Source: Dicyema japonicum
Taxonomy: Eukaryota; Animalia; Dicyemida
Direction of reading: 5' to 3'
NCBI GenBank assembly: GCA_011109175.1
Contig: RDEW01000049.1
Span: 245,377-309,376 of the forward strand
Length of the DNA stretch: 64,000 bases
Shown: positions 63,791-64,000 of the stretch, piece by piece
Position numbering within the stretch: position 1 is the stretch's first letter
Layout: every line of letters begins with the position of its first letter
Notes under the pieces: generated by a model
What the model saw: the letters and a program-made list of their open reading frames with translations, nothing else
Database searches by the model: none
Told to the model about the DNA's origin: nothing
Made by a program: the position numbers and the translations under genes

Positions 63791-64000
63791 TTGTAACCCT
63801 TGATATTACGCGCCGAGAGAGACTAACAGCAATGAACACTTTTAGAAAGTGAATTATTTTTAGAAACTTTTTTTTGTGATTGTAATTACTACACTCTTCA
63901 CAAAAATTTCTTGCAAAGATCAATTCAATTATAGAAGTGAATGAAATAAAATGATAACCTCGTAAACCCATGTCTAAACGAATGAATTACTCTGCCAAGT

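Overview
Eukaryotic nuclear DNA, almost certainly animal (malectin, CK1-alpha, PPP1R3/CBM21, CD225, reprolysin and C-type lectin genes; standard genetic code), from a draft short-read scaffold with single-n joins and one N gap. The main feature is the gene structure: 11 of the 14 protein genes I could reconstruct by hand are split by about 70 spliceosomal micro-introns, all roughly 20-25 nt, with only GT conserved at the donor and no polypyrimidine tract. This matches what is known for dicyemid mesozoans (taxon is my inference). Two 23-nt introns, in PSMC3 and ALDH3, appear to end in TG rather than AG, and several introns skip closer AGs, suggesting the 3' splice site is set largely by distance. 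Reconstructed genes: GPI-type M12B protease, two-domain C-type lectin receptor, LARS1, CD225-like protein, Rab21-like, PPP1R3-like, divergent TFB2M-like, ALDH3, PSMC3, a Tyr-rich orphan, CK1-alpha, SF3A2, malectin and PSMD6. Intergenic DNA holds decayed mobile elements (RTE, Jockey-like, R4/Dong-like and CRE-like LINEs; hAT, Ginger-like integrase, Tc2-like end), three SINE-like families and several minisatellites. CACGTG looks strongly over-represented. No rRNA, intact tRNA or CRISPR array was found. Exon models are manual and have no transcript support; repeat boundaries are approximate.
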